Below are positions 54,714-64,000 of a stretch of DNA of 64,000 bases, piece after piece. The notes beneath the pieces were generated by a model. It was not told the DNA's origin, searched no databases, and was given only the letters and a program-made list of their open reading frames with translations. The translations under genes and the position numbers were made by a program. Source of the stretch: an uncultured Actinomycetes bacterium (GTDB lineage: Bacteria > Actinomycetota > Thermoleophilia > Solirubrobacterales > Solirubrobacteraceae). The stretch lies in assembly GCA_963812435.1 (NCBI GenBank), contig CAWEUZ010000005.1:67385-131384 (forward strand), written 5' to 3'. Position 1 is the stretch's first letter. Each line of letters opens with the position of its first letter.

Positions 54714-56651
54714 ATGAGCACACAGAGACGGATAGACGACACGCACGGTCGCGAGCGGCCGCGAGCATACGGCGAGGCGCCGATCGGCGGCGCCGCCCGC
54801 TCCGGTGCCCGCACCGGCCTCGCGCTCGCCGCCGCGGGGGTGCTGACGGCCGCGGTCCTCGGTCTCGTGGCGATCGCGGTCGTCGGCGGCAAAGACACGC
54901 TCGTGTCCGCGCTCGGGGCCGGCGTCGGCGCGATCGCCGTGCTGGCGGGAGCGACGCTCGCCTGGTCGCTGACGGCGCTGCGCGGCGAGCACACCGCGCT
55001 CGTGCAGCGCGAGGCCGACGCGCTGCGGATGGCCGAGCTCGACGACCTCACCGGCCTCGGCAACTACCGCATGTTCATGCGCCAGCTGACCGCCGAGGTC
55101 GCGCGCTCGCGGCGCTACGAGGACCCGTTCTCGCTCGTGCTGCTCGACCTCGACGGCTTCAAGGCGATCAACGACGAGCTCGGCCACCTCGCCGGCGACG
55201 ACGCGCTGCGGCTCGTCGCCGTCGCGCTGCGCGACGCGCTGCGCGAGGAGGACGTCTGCTGCCGCCAGGGCGGCGACGAGTTCGCCGTGATCGCCGTGCG
55301 TGCGGGCGAGCAGGAGGCGCACGAGCTGGCCGAGCGCCTCGCGCGCGCGATCGCCGAGATCCCGTTCGGCCCGGACGGCGAGCGGCGCCTCGGCGCCGGG
55401 GTGGGCTGGGCGACGTTCGGCGCGCCCGCCCGCAGCGTCGACGAGCTGATCCTGCGCGCCGACGCCGCGCTGCGCCAGACCAAGCGCGCGAACGGCGGCC
55501 CGCAGCGCGTCGGGCCGAGCCGGTCGAGCGAGGCCCAGGGCGCGCGCGACGGCCGCCGGGGAGCGGAGACCGGCACGCGCGCGACGAGCCGCCTCGCGCT
55601 GCTGACCGGGCTGGCGCGTGCGCTCGCGGGCGCGGCCGACGAGCAGGCGCTGGCGGAGACGACGGTGGCGTTCCTCGCGGGCGCGTTCGACACGGTGGGC
55701 GCGGCCGTCGTCGGGCTCGATGCCGACGGTGGCGCGCGGCTGGCGGCCGGCCGCTCCGTCGACGGCACCGGCCCGGGCGACTCCGCCGCGGCACCGATCG
55801 CGCAGCGCGCGCTCGCGGCGGCCGGGCCGGCCGTCGTGGACGAGAGCCCGTCGGGCGGCAGCGAGCTGGCGATCGCGATCCGCGAGGAAGCGCGCACATG
55901 GGGCTACCTGACGATCGCGTCCGACCGGCCGCACGCCTACGAGCTGACCGAGCGGGCGCTCGCGGAGGCGATCGCGGAGCAGCTCGGCCGCACGCTCACG
56001 ACCCGCCGGCTGCTGGACCGCCTGCGCGACGCGGGCTTCGGCGAGCTGTACCGCGTCGCGGTCGGCGGCGCCGCCGCGTCGGGCACCGAGTCCTGGAGGA
56101 TCGCCGAGCTGGCCTGGCAGACCGGCCGTGCCGTCGGCCTGCCCGACACCGACCTGCGCGCCGTCTACCTCGCGGCGCTGTTCCACGACGTCGGCACCGT
56201 CGGCGTGCCGGCCGTCCTGATGTCGCACCCGGGCGAGCTCGGCGACGAGGAGCGGGCGGTGCTGCGCGAGCACGCCCTGATCGGCGAGCGGATGCTGCGC
56301 GGCCTGCCGCTGCTGCGCGAGGCGGCGCCGATCGTCCGGCACGAGCACGAGCGCTTCGACGGGGCCGGCTATCCGGACCGCCTCGCGGGCGAGCAGATCC
56401 CGCTCCCCGCGCGCGTGCTGTTCGCGTGCGACGCGTTCGTCTCGATGACCTCGCCGCGGCCATGGCGCCCGCCGCGTTCGCTTCCGGCCGCGCACGCGGA
56501 GCTGCGCCGCGTCGCCGGCACCCAGCTCGACCCGCGCGTCGTCGGCGCGCTGCTCGAGGTGCTGGGCGCCGGGCCCGAGGCGCCTACGCCTCCGCCAGCT
56601 CCGCGATCAGCCGCAGCTGTGACAGCCGTTCCTCAGCCGTCCACGCCATAG
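54714..56651 (+). CDS. membrane-anchored GGDEF - GAF-like - HD-GYP protein (c-di-GMP synthesis/hydrolysis)
   Basis: Two N-terminal TM segments are followed by an intact GGDEF site (RQGGDEFAVI), a GAF-like middle domain, and HD-GYP (LFHDVGTVGVP, HEHERFDGAGYPD). Confidence 0.85.
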   Translation: MSTQRRIDDTHGRERPRAYGEAPIGGAARSGARTGLALAAAGVLTAAVLGLVAIAVVGGKDTLVSALGAGVGAIAVLAGATLAWSLTALRGEHTALVQREADALRMAELDDLTGLGNYRMFMRQLTAEVARSRRYEDPFSLVLLDLDGFKAINDELGHLAGDDALRLVAVALRDALREEDVCCRQGGDEFAVIAVRAGEQEAHELAERLARAIAEIPFGPDGERRLGAGVGWATFGAPARSVDELILRADAALRQTKRANGGPQRVGPSRSSEAQGARDGRRGAETGTRATSRLALLTGLARALAGAADEQALAETTVAFLAGAFDTVGAAVVGLDADGGARLAAGRSVDGTGPGDSAAAPIAQRALAAAGPAVVDESPSGGSELAIAIREEARTWGYLTIASDRPHAYELTERALAEAIAEQLGRTLTTRRLLDRLRDAGFGELYRVAVGGAAASGTESWRIAELAWQTGRAVGLPDTDLRAVYLAALFHDVGTVGVPAVLMSHPGELGDEERAVLREHALIGERMLRGLPLLREAAPIVRHEHERFDGAGYPDRLAGEQIPLPARVLFACDAFVSMTSPRPWRPPRSLPAAHAELRRVAGTQLDPRVVGALLEVLGAGPEAPTPPPAPRSAAAVTAVPQPSTP

Positions 56652-57621
56652 GCGTGACCATCAGCGTGCCGACGCCGGCGTCGCGGTAGACGGCGAGCCG
56701 ATCGCGCACATGGTCCTTCGGGCCGCACAGCGTCACGAGGTCGATCAGCTCGTCCGGCAGCGCCGTGCCGGCCTCCTCGCGCTTGCCGTCGAGGTAGAGG
56801 TCCTGGACGGTCTTCGCGGCCTCCTCGAAGCCGTAGCGGACCGCGAGGCGGTTGTAGAAGTTCTGTCTGCGCGAGCCCATCCCGCCGATGTAGAGCGCGA
56901 GGTAGGGGCGCATCGCGTCGCGGCCGCTCGCGAGGTCGTCGGTCACGAGCACGTTCACCGTCGGCGCGATGTCGAAGCCCTCGAGCGACTTGCCGGCGCG
57001 ATCCGCGCCCTCTTGCAGGTAGGTGCGGAACTCGGCGACGTGCTCGGGGGCGAACAGCGTCGGGATCCAGCCGTCGGCGATCTCGCCGGCAAGCGCGGTG
57101 TTCTTCGGGCCGATCGCCGCGAGGTAGATCGGGATCCGCTCCTGCACCGGCGCGATCGTCAGCTTCAGCGAGCGGCCGGGGCCGTCCGGCAGCGGCAGCT
57201 CCAGCGTCTCGCCGTGGAACTCGACGCGCTCGCGCGAGAGCGCCATCCGCACGACGGCGACGTACTCGCGCGTGCGCTGGAGCATTCTCCCGTAGCGCTG
57301 GCCGTGCCAGCCCTCGGCGACCTGCGGGCCGGAGGCGCCGATGCCGCAGCGCATGCGGCCGTTCGACAGCTGGTCGATCGTCGCGGCCGTCATCGCCGTC
57401 ATCGCGGCGCTGCGGCCGGGGATCTGGAAGATCGCCGAGCCGAGCCCGATTCTGGTCGTGCCGGCGGCGAGCCAGGCGAGCACGGTCGCGGTGTCGGAGC
57501 CGTACGCCTCCGCCGCCCACACGCTGTCGTAGCCGATCCGCTCGGCCTCCTGGACGATCTCCAGCTGCTGCTGCGCGGTGAGGCCGAGGCCCCAGTAGCC
57601 GATGTGTACGCCAAGTCTCAC
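56584..57621 (-). CDS. LLM-class (luciferase-like) F420-dependent oxidoreductase
   Basis: VRLGVHIGYWG...GYDSVWAAEAYGSD...GLGSAIFQIPGRS is a typical LLM TIM-barrel protein. The GTG start overlaps the stop of the SDR gene (GTGA). Confidence 0.85.
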   Translation of the reverse strand: MRLGVHIGYWGLGLTAQQQLEIVQEAERIGYDSVWAAEAYGSDTATVLAWLAAGTTRIGLGSAIFQIPGRSAAMTAMTAATIDQLSNGRMRCGIGASGPQVAEGWHGQRYGRMLQRTREYVAVVRMALSRERVEFHGETLELPLPDGPGRSLKLTIAPVQERIPIYLAAIGPKNTALAGEIADGWIPTLFAPEHVAEFRTYLQEGADRAGKSLEGFDIAPTVNVLVTDDLASGRDAMRPYLALYIGGMGSRRQNFYNRLAVRYGFEEAAKTVQDLYLDGKREEAGTALPDELIDLVTLCGPKDHVRDRLAVYRDAGVGTLMVTPMAWTAEERLSQLRLIAELAEA

Positions 57622-58343
57622 AGTGCGTCTCCAGGTCGCTCGAAGATGATCTCGGGGATCAGGCAGGCGGGGGACACCTTCAACAGCAGGCGCACCGACT
57701 CGGCGATGTCCTCGGGTCGGATCATTGCCTCCGCGTCGACGCCGTTGGCCTTCGCGAAGTCGGTCATCGGCGTGTCCACGAACGCGGGGCAGAGGGCGCA
57801 CGACTTGATGCCCTCCGGCGCCAGCTCCTTGTTCATGGCCTCCGTCCAGCCGACGACGCCGGCCTTCGTGGCCGAGTAGACCGACAGCCACGCCTGCCCG
57901 CGCTTGCCCGAGATCGAGGACGTGTTGACGACCTGCGCGGTGCCGTTCTCCGCCGCGCTCGCGCGCAGCAGCTCGACCGCCTCGCGGTAGAACAGGATGA
58001 TCGTGCGCAGGTTCACGTCGAGCTGCATGTCGAGCCGTCTCGTCGCGATCTCGCCGACGACCGCGCCGATCCCGACGCCGGCGTTGTTGACGAGCACGTC
58101 GAGGCGATCGAATCGGTCCTTGTGCGCGGCGACGACCTGCTTGACGGCGTCCTCCTCGGACAGCATCGCGGCGACGTCCTGCACCTCGAAGCCATCGGCG
58201 CGCAGGCCGTCGGCTGCCTCTCTCAGCTTGTCGGGCCGGCGGGCGGCAAGCGTGAGCGCGTAGCCCTCCTCGCCGAGCATCCGCGCGATCGCCAGTCCGA
58301 TCCCGCTCGATGCCCCGGTCACGATCGCCGCTCGTTGCGCCAT
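57618..58343 (-). CDS. SDR-family oxidoreductase
   Basis: TGASSGIG, NNAG and the catalytic YSATK. Confidence 0.9.
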   Translation of the reverse strand: MAQRAAIVTGASSGIGLAIARMLGEEGYALTLAARRPDKLREAADGLRADGFEVQDVAAMLSEEDAVKQVVAAHKDRFDRLDVLVNNAGVGIGAVVGEIATRRLDMQLDVNLRTIILFYREAVELLRASAAENGTAQVVNTSSISGKRGQAWLSVYSATKAGVVGWTEAMNKELAPEGIKSCALCPAFVDTPMTDFAKANGVDAEAMIRPEDIAESVRLLLKVSPACLIPEIIFERPGDAL

Positions 58344-58377
58344 GCTGTCCCTTCCTCCGAGGTCTCTCCTTCGCGAA

Positions 58378-59703
58378 GTGAGTATCCAATCACCCGCCCG
58401 ACGCCCGACTCGCCGGTTCCGGCTCGCGGACCGCACGCCGGAGCTGGTGATCCTCGTGCTGATCGTCGCGCTGACGGTCGGCGCGCTCGCCCTCAGCGGG
58501 TCGTCGAGATCCACCGCCGGGGGCGCGCGCATCTCCGCCGCGCACATCGCGCTGATCGAGCGCCGTGTGGAGTCGCTGCGCGATCTGCGCTTCGTGCACC
58601 TCGTGCCGGTGGCGGTCGTCTCGCCCGCACAGGCGCGGCGCGAAGGGACGGCGGAGTACGACAGAAGCGGGTCGGCCGAGCGGCGGCTCGCGGACGAGGA
58701 GCTGCTGAAGCTGCTCGCGCTGCTGCCGTCGGACACCGACCTGAGAGGGCTCGAGGCGACGATCTTCGGCGAGCAGGTCGCCGGCTACTACGACCCGCGC
58801 CGCAAGCGCCTCGCGCTCGTGCGCGGCGCAGGCGTCGACGACGTCACGCTCGCGCACGAGCTGACGCACGCGCTGGAGGACCAGCACGCCGACCTGCAGA
58901 GACTCGGCACCGGCTCCGACCAGGACCGCGCGACGGCCGAGCAGGCGCTCGTGGAGGGGACCGCGACGCTCGTGATGGAGCGCTACATGGCGCGCTGGCC
59001 CAGCAGGGCGCCGCTCGGCGACGCGCTGGCAGGGCTCACGCAGGCGACCGGCGGGACGCCGCTGCCGGCCTACACGATGCGCACGCTGGTGTTCCCGTAC
59101 CTGCAGGGGGAGCGCTTCGTGCAGGCGCTGCTCGACGCCGACAGAGGCGGCTGGAGGCTCGTCGACCGCGCCGAGCGCAGACGGCCGCCGGGCACCACGG
59201 CGGAGATCCTCACGCCGTCGCGGTGGCTTCGAGGGAAGCGCCCCGTGCCGATGTCCCTCGGCGCCGCGCCGCCCGCAGCGGCCGGCTGGCACGAGATCGC
59301 CGGCTCGACGCTGGGTCAAGAGGACCTCGCGGCGCTGCTGTCGCCGGGAAGCGGGCCGCTCGTCGCGCGGCAGCTGACGGCCGGGTGGCGGGGCGGGCGC
59401 TACGCGCTGTGGCGGCGCGGCGCGCTCGTCGGGTCCTCGTGCCTTGCGCCCTGCCGCGCGCGCGACGCGCTGCTGCTGGCGGTGGCGGCGGAGCGCCCGG
59501 CGGCCGCGCGCGCCCTGGCGGCGGGCTTGGCGGTGTGGCTGTCGGACGGGCTGCACGCGTGGCGGATCGGCGATCCGGTCGGCGACACGACGGTCTGGCA
59601 GCTGCCGTTCGGATCCGCTGCGGCGGTGAAGGCGCGCGGCGAGGACGTGCGCGTCGCGCTCGCGCCGACGCCGTCGCTCGCGCTACGGCTCGCCGTCGGG
59701 TGA
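58378..59703 (+). CDS. membrane-anchored putative zinc metallopeptidase (HExxH)
   Basis: An N-terminal TM segment (LVILVLIVALTVGALAL) and LAHELTHALEDQH with a downstream EGTAT. The start is uncertain (ATG 58342 or GTG 58378). Confidence 0.55.
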   Translation: MSIQSPARRPTRRFRLADRTPELVILVLIVALTVGALALSGSSRSTAGGARISAAHIALIERRVESLRDLRFVHLVPVAVVSPAQARREGTAEYDRSGSAERRLADEELLKLLALLPSDTDLRGLEATIFGEQVAGYYDPRRKRLALVRGAGVDDVTLAHELTHALEDQHADLQRLGTGSDQDRATAEQALVEGTATLVMERYMARWPSRAPLGDALAGLTQATGGTPLPAYTMRTLVFPYLQGERFVQALLDADRGGWRLVDRAERRRPPGTTAEILTPSRWLRGKRPVPMSLGAAPPAAAGWHEIAGSTLGQEDLAALLSPGSGPLVARQLTAGWRGGRYALWRRGALVGSSCLAPCRARDALLLAVAAERPAAARALAAGLAVWLSDGLHAWRIGDPVGDTTVWQLPFGSAAAVKARGEDVRVALAPTPSLALRLAVG

Positions 59704-59712
59704 CGCGCGCGT

Positions 59713-60801
59713 CTACGCCGTCGTCGTCTCGCGCGCGGCGGCCTCGGCGGCGTCCTGCTCGCTCGGCGGCGCCGGCACGTCGCCGGGCGCCAGCGTGCCG
59801 TCCACGAAGCGGCCGATCTCGCGCAGCGCGTCGCGCGCGGCGGGCGTGCCGTTCCACAGCGGCACGACGTGCGGCTGGCGCTCGAAGACCTGCAGCTCCG
59901 TCCGGACGCCGGCGTCGGCGATGCGCTGCGCGGTGCGGACCGCATCGTCGTACAGCACCTCGGTCGAGCCGACCTGCAGCAGCGTCGGCGGCAGCTGGCG
60001 CAGCAGCTCCTCGGGAGCGAACAGCGGGGAGGAGCGCCAGTCGGCCGGATCGGCGCCGCCGAGCGCGACGCGCGCGGCGCGGTGCAGCGCGATCGGCAGG
60101 ATGAAGGCGTCGCGGTCCGCGTTGCGGGTCATCGACTCGCCGCTCATGGTGAGGTCGTTCCAGGGGGAGAGCAGCACGAGCGCGGCCGGAGCCGGCAGTC
60201 CCGCCTCCACGGCGTGCAGCGCGAGCGTCAGCGCGAGGTGCCCGCCGGCCGAGTCGCCCGCGATGACGATCCGCTGCGGCGCATGGCCCTCGTCGAGCAG
60301 GTGCCGGTAGGCCGCGAGCGCGTCCTCGATCGGCGCCGGCAGGATCGCGACGGGCGGCAGGCGGTAGTCGAGCGCGAGCACCGGGAGGCCGGTGACGTGC
60401 GAGATGCGCGAGACGAGGTTGCGGTGCGTGCGCGGCGAGCCGAACACGTAGCCGCCGCCGTGCAGGTAGAGGACGACGGCTCTGTCGTCGCCGTGCGCGT
60501 CGGTGCCGAGCGCACGCGGCCCGCGGACCCACTCGGCCGGCAGGCCGGCGACCTGCAGGTGCTCGACGACGCTGCCTCTGAGGACGGGGACGCGTCTGCC
60601 CGGCTCGGTCACGCGCTGCAGCATCCGCAGCCCGCGCGGCGTCATCCGCCAGTTGCGCGCAACGGGGATCCACGTACGCCGAAGGGCGTGGTCGAGCGCG
60701 ATCGTCTGACGGCTCGCGGGGCCGAACGCCTGCGTCGTCAGGTTGGGATGCGCAGCGGGGAGATGGGTGCCGGAGGTCATCATCCTGACGGTAGCCGTCA
60801 C
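59713..60801 (-). CDS. alpha/beta hydrolase (hormone-sensitive-lipase-type esterase)
   Basis: The HGGGY oxyanion motif and the GDSAGG nucleophile elbow are present. The start is uncertain; several in-frame starts exist. Confidence 0.8.
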   Translation of the reverse strand: MTATVRMMTSGTHLPAAHPNLTTQAFGPASRQTIALDHALRRTWIPVARNWRMTPRGLRMLQRVTEPGRRVPVLRGSVVEHLQVAGLPAEWVRGPRALGTDAHGDDRAVVLYLHGGGYVFGSPRTHRNLVSRISHVTGLPVLALDYRLPPVAILPAPIEDALAAYRHLLDEGHAPQRIVIAGDSAGGHLALTLALHAVEAGLPAPAALVLLSPWNDLTMSGESMTRNADRDAFILPIALHRAARVALGGADPADWRSSPLFAPEELLRQLPPTLLQVGSTEVLYDDAVRTAQRIADAGVRTELQVFERQPHVVPLWNGTPAARDALREIGRFVDGTLAPGDVPAPPSEQDAAEAAARETTTA

Positions 60802-60866
60802 CGCCGCCCGCGGTCGCGGTTCGCCAGCGCCGGCGGGCTGCGCTCTGGTAGCGTCGGACGCGCTAC

Positions 60867-60940
<74 letters not shown>

Positions 60941-60959
60941 CTGGGGGCTCCTCGGCGCG

Positions 60960-63900
60960 TCAGCAGCTGTGCAGTCGATCGGCCGAGGAGAACAGGGTCG
61001 TGAAGAAGTCCATGCCGTGGTCGAACATCGACGCCGACGGCTTCCCGGAGAGCGCGTCTTGCGCGAGCTTGCTCCCGGCCTGCCCGGAGGCCATCCCGCC
61101 GTTGATGCCGCTCACGTAGTTGTCGGTCACGCACGCCACGCCGTCGCCTTCGGGACCGAACGCATTCATGTCGACGCTGTTGTACTCCTGGTTCAGGCGC
61201 GTGGCCGGGCCGGTCGCCGGACGGTACATGCCGTCCTGCCGCGCAACGCTGCTGAAGGAATTGGTCGCGCGGTTGGGCGCCGACGACCCCTTCGGCCCCG
61301 TGACGTAGTCGTAGAGCTCCTTCACGCCGGACACGACGTGGACGGCGCTCTTCACGAAGTTGACCGCCTTGACGCCCTTCTTGACGACGTCGAAGGCCCC
61401 GCCGAGGCTGATCTTCCCGCCCGTCGGATCGACCGATCCGGCCGGGTCGTCGGCGACGTAGACGTACAGGCCGTCTTGGCCGCCGACCTCGCGCAGTCCG
61501 GTGGGATCGGGCGTCGTCCAGCGTCCGAGCGCGCCGTCCAGCACGCGCATGCCGAGCCGCGTCGTGCCATCGGGGCCCGCGATCCCGCCAGTGTAGCCCG
61601 GCATGCCGGCTCCCGCCGAGCCCGCGGCGGGTGCGCCCCAGGGCCCGTATGACACTGCCGCCATCGCGCCGCCGGCCGGGATCGCTCCGCGTCCGCTGCC
61701 GAGATGATCGAGCGCGAGCGCCTGCGCGCTCCCGCCTGCCACGATCCCGTACGGACGTGTGCCGAGCAGCGTGCGCACGTTGTCTTGGGCGAGCAGCCCG
61801 CCGCTGAGCGGGTCGACGAGGGACGTGCGTGCGCTCGTGCCGGTCTGCTGCAGCAGCGTGCCGTCGTCGGCGACCGTGAAGCTCCACGCGCCGGCCGGCG
61901 TCGCGATCGCCGTCAGGTGGTTTCCGCCGTCGTACCCGTAGGTGGTCGTGCCGCCCGGGGAGACGACCTTGGTGAGGTTGCCGCGCTTGTCGTAGGCGTA
62001 CGTGCTCGCGCCGGCGCTCGTCAGCTCGTCGGCGTCGTCGAAGGCGTATCTCGTCGTCGTCGCCCCGGCGGTCTGGCTCGTCCGGTTTCCCACGCCGTCG
62101 TACTGCCAGCTCGTGGTGGTGGCACCGGCGTCGTCGGCGACGAGGCGGTCGGCTGCGTCGTAGGCGTAGGCGTGGCTGCCGGTCGGGTCGGCGACGCTCG
62201 TGACGCGCCCGGCGGCGTCATAGCCGATCGCCTCGTCGAACATGACGGCTCCGCCGCGTCTGTACATGAGTCTGGTCAGCCGGTGGGCCTCGTCGCTGTC
62301 GACCGCCAGCGTGACGCCGGCCGGCAGCGTGGCGCCGGTCGGCGTACCCGCCGCGTCGTAGCTCCAGCCGGCGCTCGCGGACGGGTCGGTCGCGGAGGTC
62401 ATGCGTCCGACCGCGTCGTAGCCGAAGCTGGTCGTCACCGGGCCGGGTTGCGTTCGGCTCACGACGCGTCCCGCGGCGTCGTACGCGTAGCTGACGGTTC
62501 GGCCGAGCGCGTCGGTGCTCGCCGTCAGGCGCCCCTCGGCGTCATACGTGCGGGCCAGGCTCCCGGCGGCGTCGACGCGCGAGGTCAGCCCGCCGTCCGC
62601 GTCGTAGCCGTAGGTCGTGGAGGTGCCGTCGGGGTAGGCGGTCGAGGTGCGCCGATCGGCCGCGTCGTACGCGTAGGTCGTGACCTTGCTGCCGGGGTCG
62701 GTCATGCTCGTCAGCCGGTCAGCCGCGTCATACGCCTGTACCGTCATGCGCTGCAGCGGGTCGGTCCCGCCCGTCGGGTTGCCGTTCGCGTCGTAGGTCG
62801 TCGCCCACACATGGCCGTTGGCGTCCGTCAGCCGCGTCACGCGGCCGTCGGCGTCGTATCCGAAGCTCGTCGTGGCGCCGAGCGCGTCGGTCACCGCCGC
62901 GAGGCGACCGGCGTTGTCGTAGGCGCGCGCGACGGTGTGTCCGAGCGGATCGCTCGACGACGTCTGCTGGCCGGCGTCGTCGTACTCGATTGCCGTCGTG
63001 TGCCCGAGCGGGTCGGTGACGCTGGTGCGGCGGTTCGCCGCGTCGTAGCCGAAGCCGGTGATCGCGCCGGTCGGGTCCGTGGTCGCGACGAGGTTGCCGT
63101 TCGCGTCGTATCTGAAGGCGGTCGTCGCGCCGGTCGCGTCCGTGGTGCCGGCGAGCAGTCCGCTCGCCGTGTACGTCCAGCTCGTGGCGTGCCCCAGCGG
63201 GTCGGTCATCGAGGTCCTGCGGCCCGCCGGGTCGTACGTCGTGGCGGTGGTCTTGCCGAGGCGGTCGGTGGTCGCGACGCGGTCGCCGCGCGCGTCGTAG
63301 GCATATCTCGTCGTCTTGCCGAGCGGGTCCGCGATCGAGGTGACGCGCCCGTCGTCGTCGTAGCCGAGCGTCGTGACGTGGTCGAGCGGGTCGGTGACGC
63401 TCGTGCGGTTCCCGTCCCCGTCGTAGCCGTAGGAGGTCGTGTGGCCGAGCGCGTCGGTCGCTGCCGTGCGCAGGCCGCGAGCGTCGACGGCGAACGTCGA
63501 CGTGTGCCCGCGCGGGTCCGTTGTCGACAGGAGGTTGCGGTGGCCGTCGTAGGTCCAGTGGGTCACCGCCCCGGTCGGGTCTCTCTCCTGCGTGACCTGG
63601 TCGGAGGCGTCGAAGACGTCGGTCGTGACCTTGCCGAGGGGATCGGTCGTCGTGAGGCGGTTGCCGCGGGCGTCGTAGGCGAACGTCGTGGCGCGGCCGA
63701 GCGGATCCGTGCTGGCGATGAGGTTGCCGGCCGCGTCGTAGGCGTATCTGGTCGCGTTCCCGAGCTCGTCGACGTCGGCCGTGAGGCGACCCAGCTCGTC
63801 CCACTCGTAGCGGCGCGTTCCACCCGTCGGGTTGCCCTTCGTGGTGACGTGCGCGGCGCCGTCGTAGCCGTACGTCGTGATGTGGCCCTCCGCGTCGGTC

Positions 63901-64000
63901 TGGCTGACGACGCGACCCAGCTGGTCGTACTCGTTGGCGACGACCTGCTCGCCGTTCGCGTCGGTGGCCGTGACGATCCGGTCGTCGGCGTCGTAGCCGT
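60960..64000 (-). CDS. RHS/YD-repeat polymorphic toxin (5' end outside the window)
   Basis: Dozens of YD repeats (..YxYDxxGNRTSxTDPLGxxT..) are present. I translated the frame up to base 64000 and it stays open, so the track start at 63566 is an artefact. The core ends with GMRVLDGALGRWTTPDPTGLREVGGQDGLYVYVADDPAGSVDPTG and is followed by a ~150-aa unrecognised C-terminal domain. Confidence 0.9.
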   Translation of the reverse strand, partial: GYDADDRIVTATDANGEQVVANEYDQLGRVVSQTDAEGHITTYGYDGAAHVTTKGNPTGGTRRYEWDELGRLTADVDELGNATRYAYDAAGNLIASTDPLGRATTFAYDARGNRLTTTDPLGKVTTDVFDASDQVTQERDPTGAVTHWTYDGHRNLLSTTDPRGHTSTFAVDARGLRTAATDALGHTTSYGYDGDGNRTSVTDPLDHVTTLGYDDDGRVTSIADPLGKTTRYAYDARGDRVATTDRLGKTTATTYDPAGRRTSMTDPLGHATSWTYTASGLLAGTTDATGATTAFRYDANGNLVATTDPTGAITGFGYDAANRRTSVTDPLGHTTAIEYDDAGQQTSSSDPLGHTVARAYDNAGRLAAVTDALGATTSFGYDADGRVTRLTDANGHVWATTYDANGNPTGGTDPLQRMTVQAYDAADRLTSMTDPGSKVTTYAYDAADRRTSTAYPDGTSTTYGYDADGGLTSRVDAAGSLARTYDAEGRLTASTDALGRTVSYAYDAAGRVVSRTQPGPVTTSFGYDAVGRMTSATDPSASAGWSYDAAGTPTGATLPAGVTLAVDSDEAHRLTRLMYRRGGAVMFDEAIGYDAAGRVTSVADPTGSHAYAYDAADRLVADDAGATTTSWQYDGVGNRTSQTAGATTTRYAFDDADELTSAGASTYAYDKRGNLTKVVSPGGTTTYGYDGGNHLTAIATPAGAWSFTVADDGTLLQQTGTSARTSLVDPLSGGLLAQDNVRTLLGTRPYGIVAGGSAQALALDHLGSGRGAIPAGGAMAAVSYGPWGAPAAGSAGAGMPGYTGGIAGPDGTTRLGMRVLDGALGRWTTPDPTGLREVGGQDGLYVYVADDPAGSVDPTGGKISLGGAFDVVKKGVKAVNFVKSAVHVVSGVKELYDYVTGPKGSSAPNRATNSFSSVARQDGMYRPATGPATRLNQEYNSVDMNAFGPEGDGVACVTDNYVSGINGGMASGQAGSKLAQDALSGKPSASMFDHGMDFFTTLFSSADRLHSC

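Noticed and set aside
53442-56495. A 1017-aa minus-strand ORF that might be taken for one giant protein.
   Set aside because: Only the C-terminal 420 codons (53442-54704) translate to a recognisable GT1 glycosyltransferase. The upstream 600 codons are Arg/Ala-rich antisense of the well-supported GGDEF-GAF-HD-GYP gene.

Overview
This is a very GC-rich chromosomal window of Actinomycetota type. By eye, most genes exceed 70% GC at the third codon position; nothing was computed. Gene order mirrors the mycobacterial blocks aroC-aroK-aroB-aroQ-pepQ / efp-nusB, tlyA-nadK-recN-steA-mctB-pyrG-nudix-xerD and dgt-dnaG. Several lineage-specific secreted proteins hint at Thermoleophilia (Conexibacter/Solirubrobacter-like), with low confidence. 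I call about 65 CDS and 2 tRNAs (Asn-GTT, CAT anticodon). I found no rRNA, CRISPR array, transposase or phage integrase. Many genes are chained by ATGA/GTGA start-stop overlaps. The many long Arg/Ala/Pro-rich ORFs in the six-frame track are high-GC shadow frames and are not called. Accessory segments interrupt the housekeeping blocks. (1) About 12 kb lies between pepQ and efp: MFS, an acylphosphatase fused to a degenerate LigD-phosphoesterase-like domain, STAS, a divergent DUF2294 pair, GT4 plus debranching-type glucosidase, a SET-domain protein and two toxin-antitoxin pairs. (2) A cluster of secreted proteins follows dxs, including tandem GH6-like paralogs. (3) A single lower-GC gene sits between dnaG and tRNA-Asn and encodes a SIR2_2-type NADase-like domain fused to about 10 near-identical 35-aa TPR-like repeats. 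This is my best candidate for an undescribed single-gene defence sensor/effector. (4) An RHS/YD-repeat polymorphic toxin gene runs out of the window. Its unrecognised C-terminal domain ends 20 bp from a tRNA, and no immunity gene is visible. Other oddities are an efp gene with no canonical start codon (apparent ATC start), a protein ending in a tail with 10 Cys in 28 residues, and two collagen-like (GXY) paralogs.
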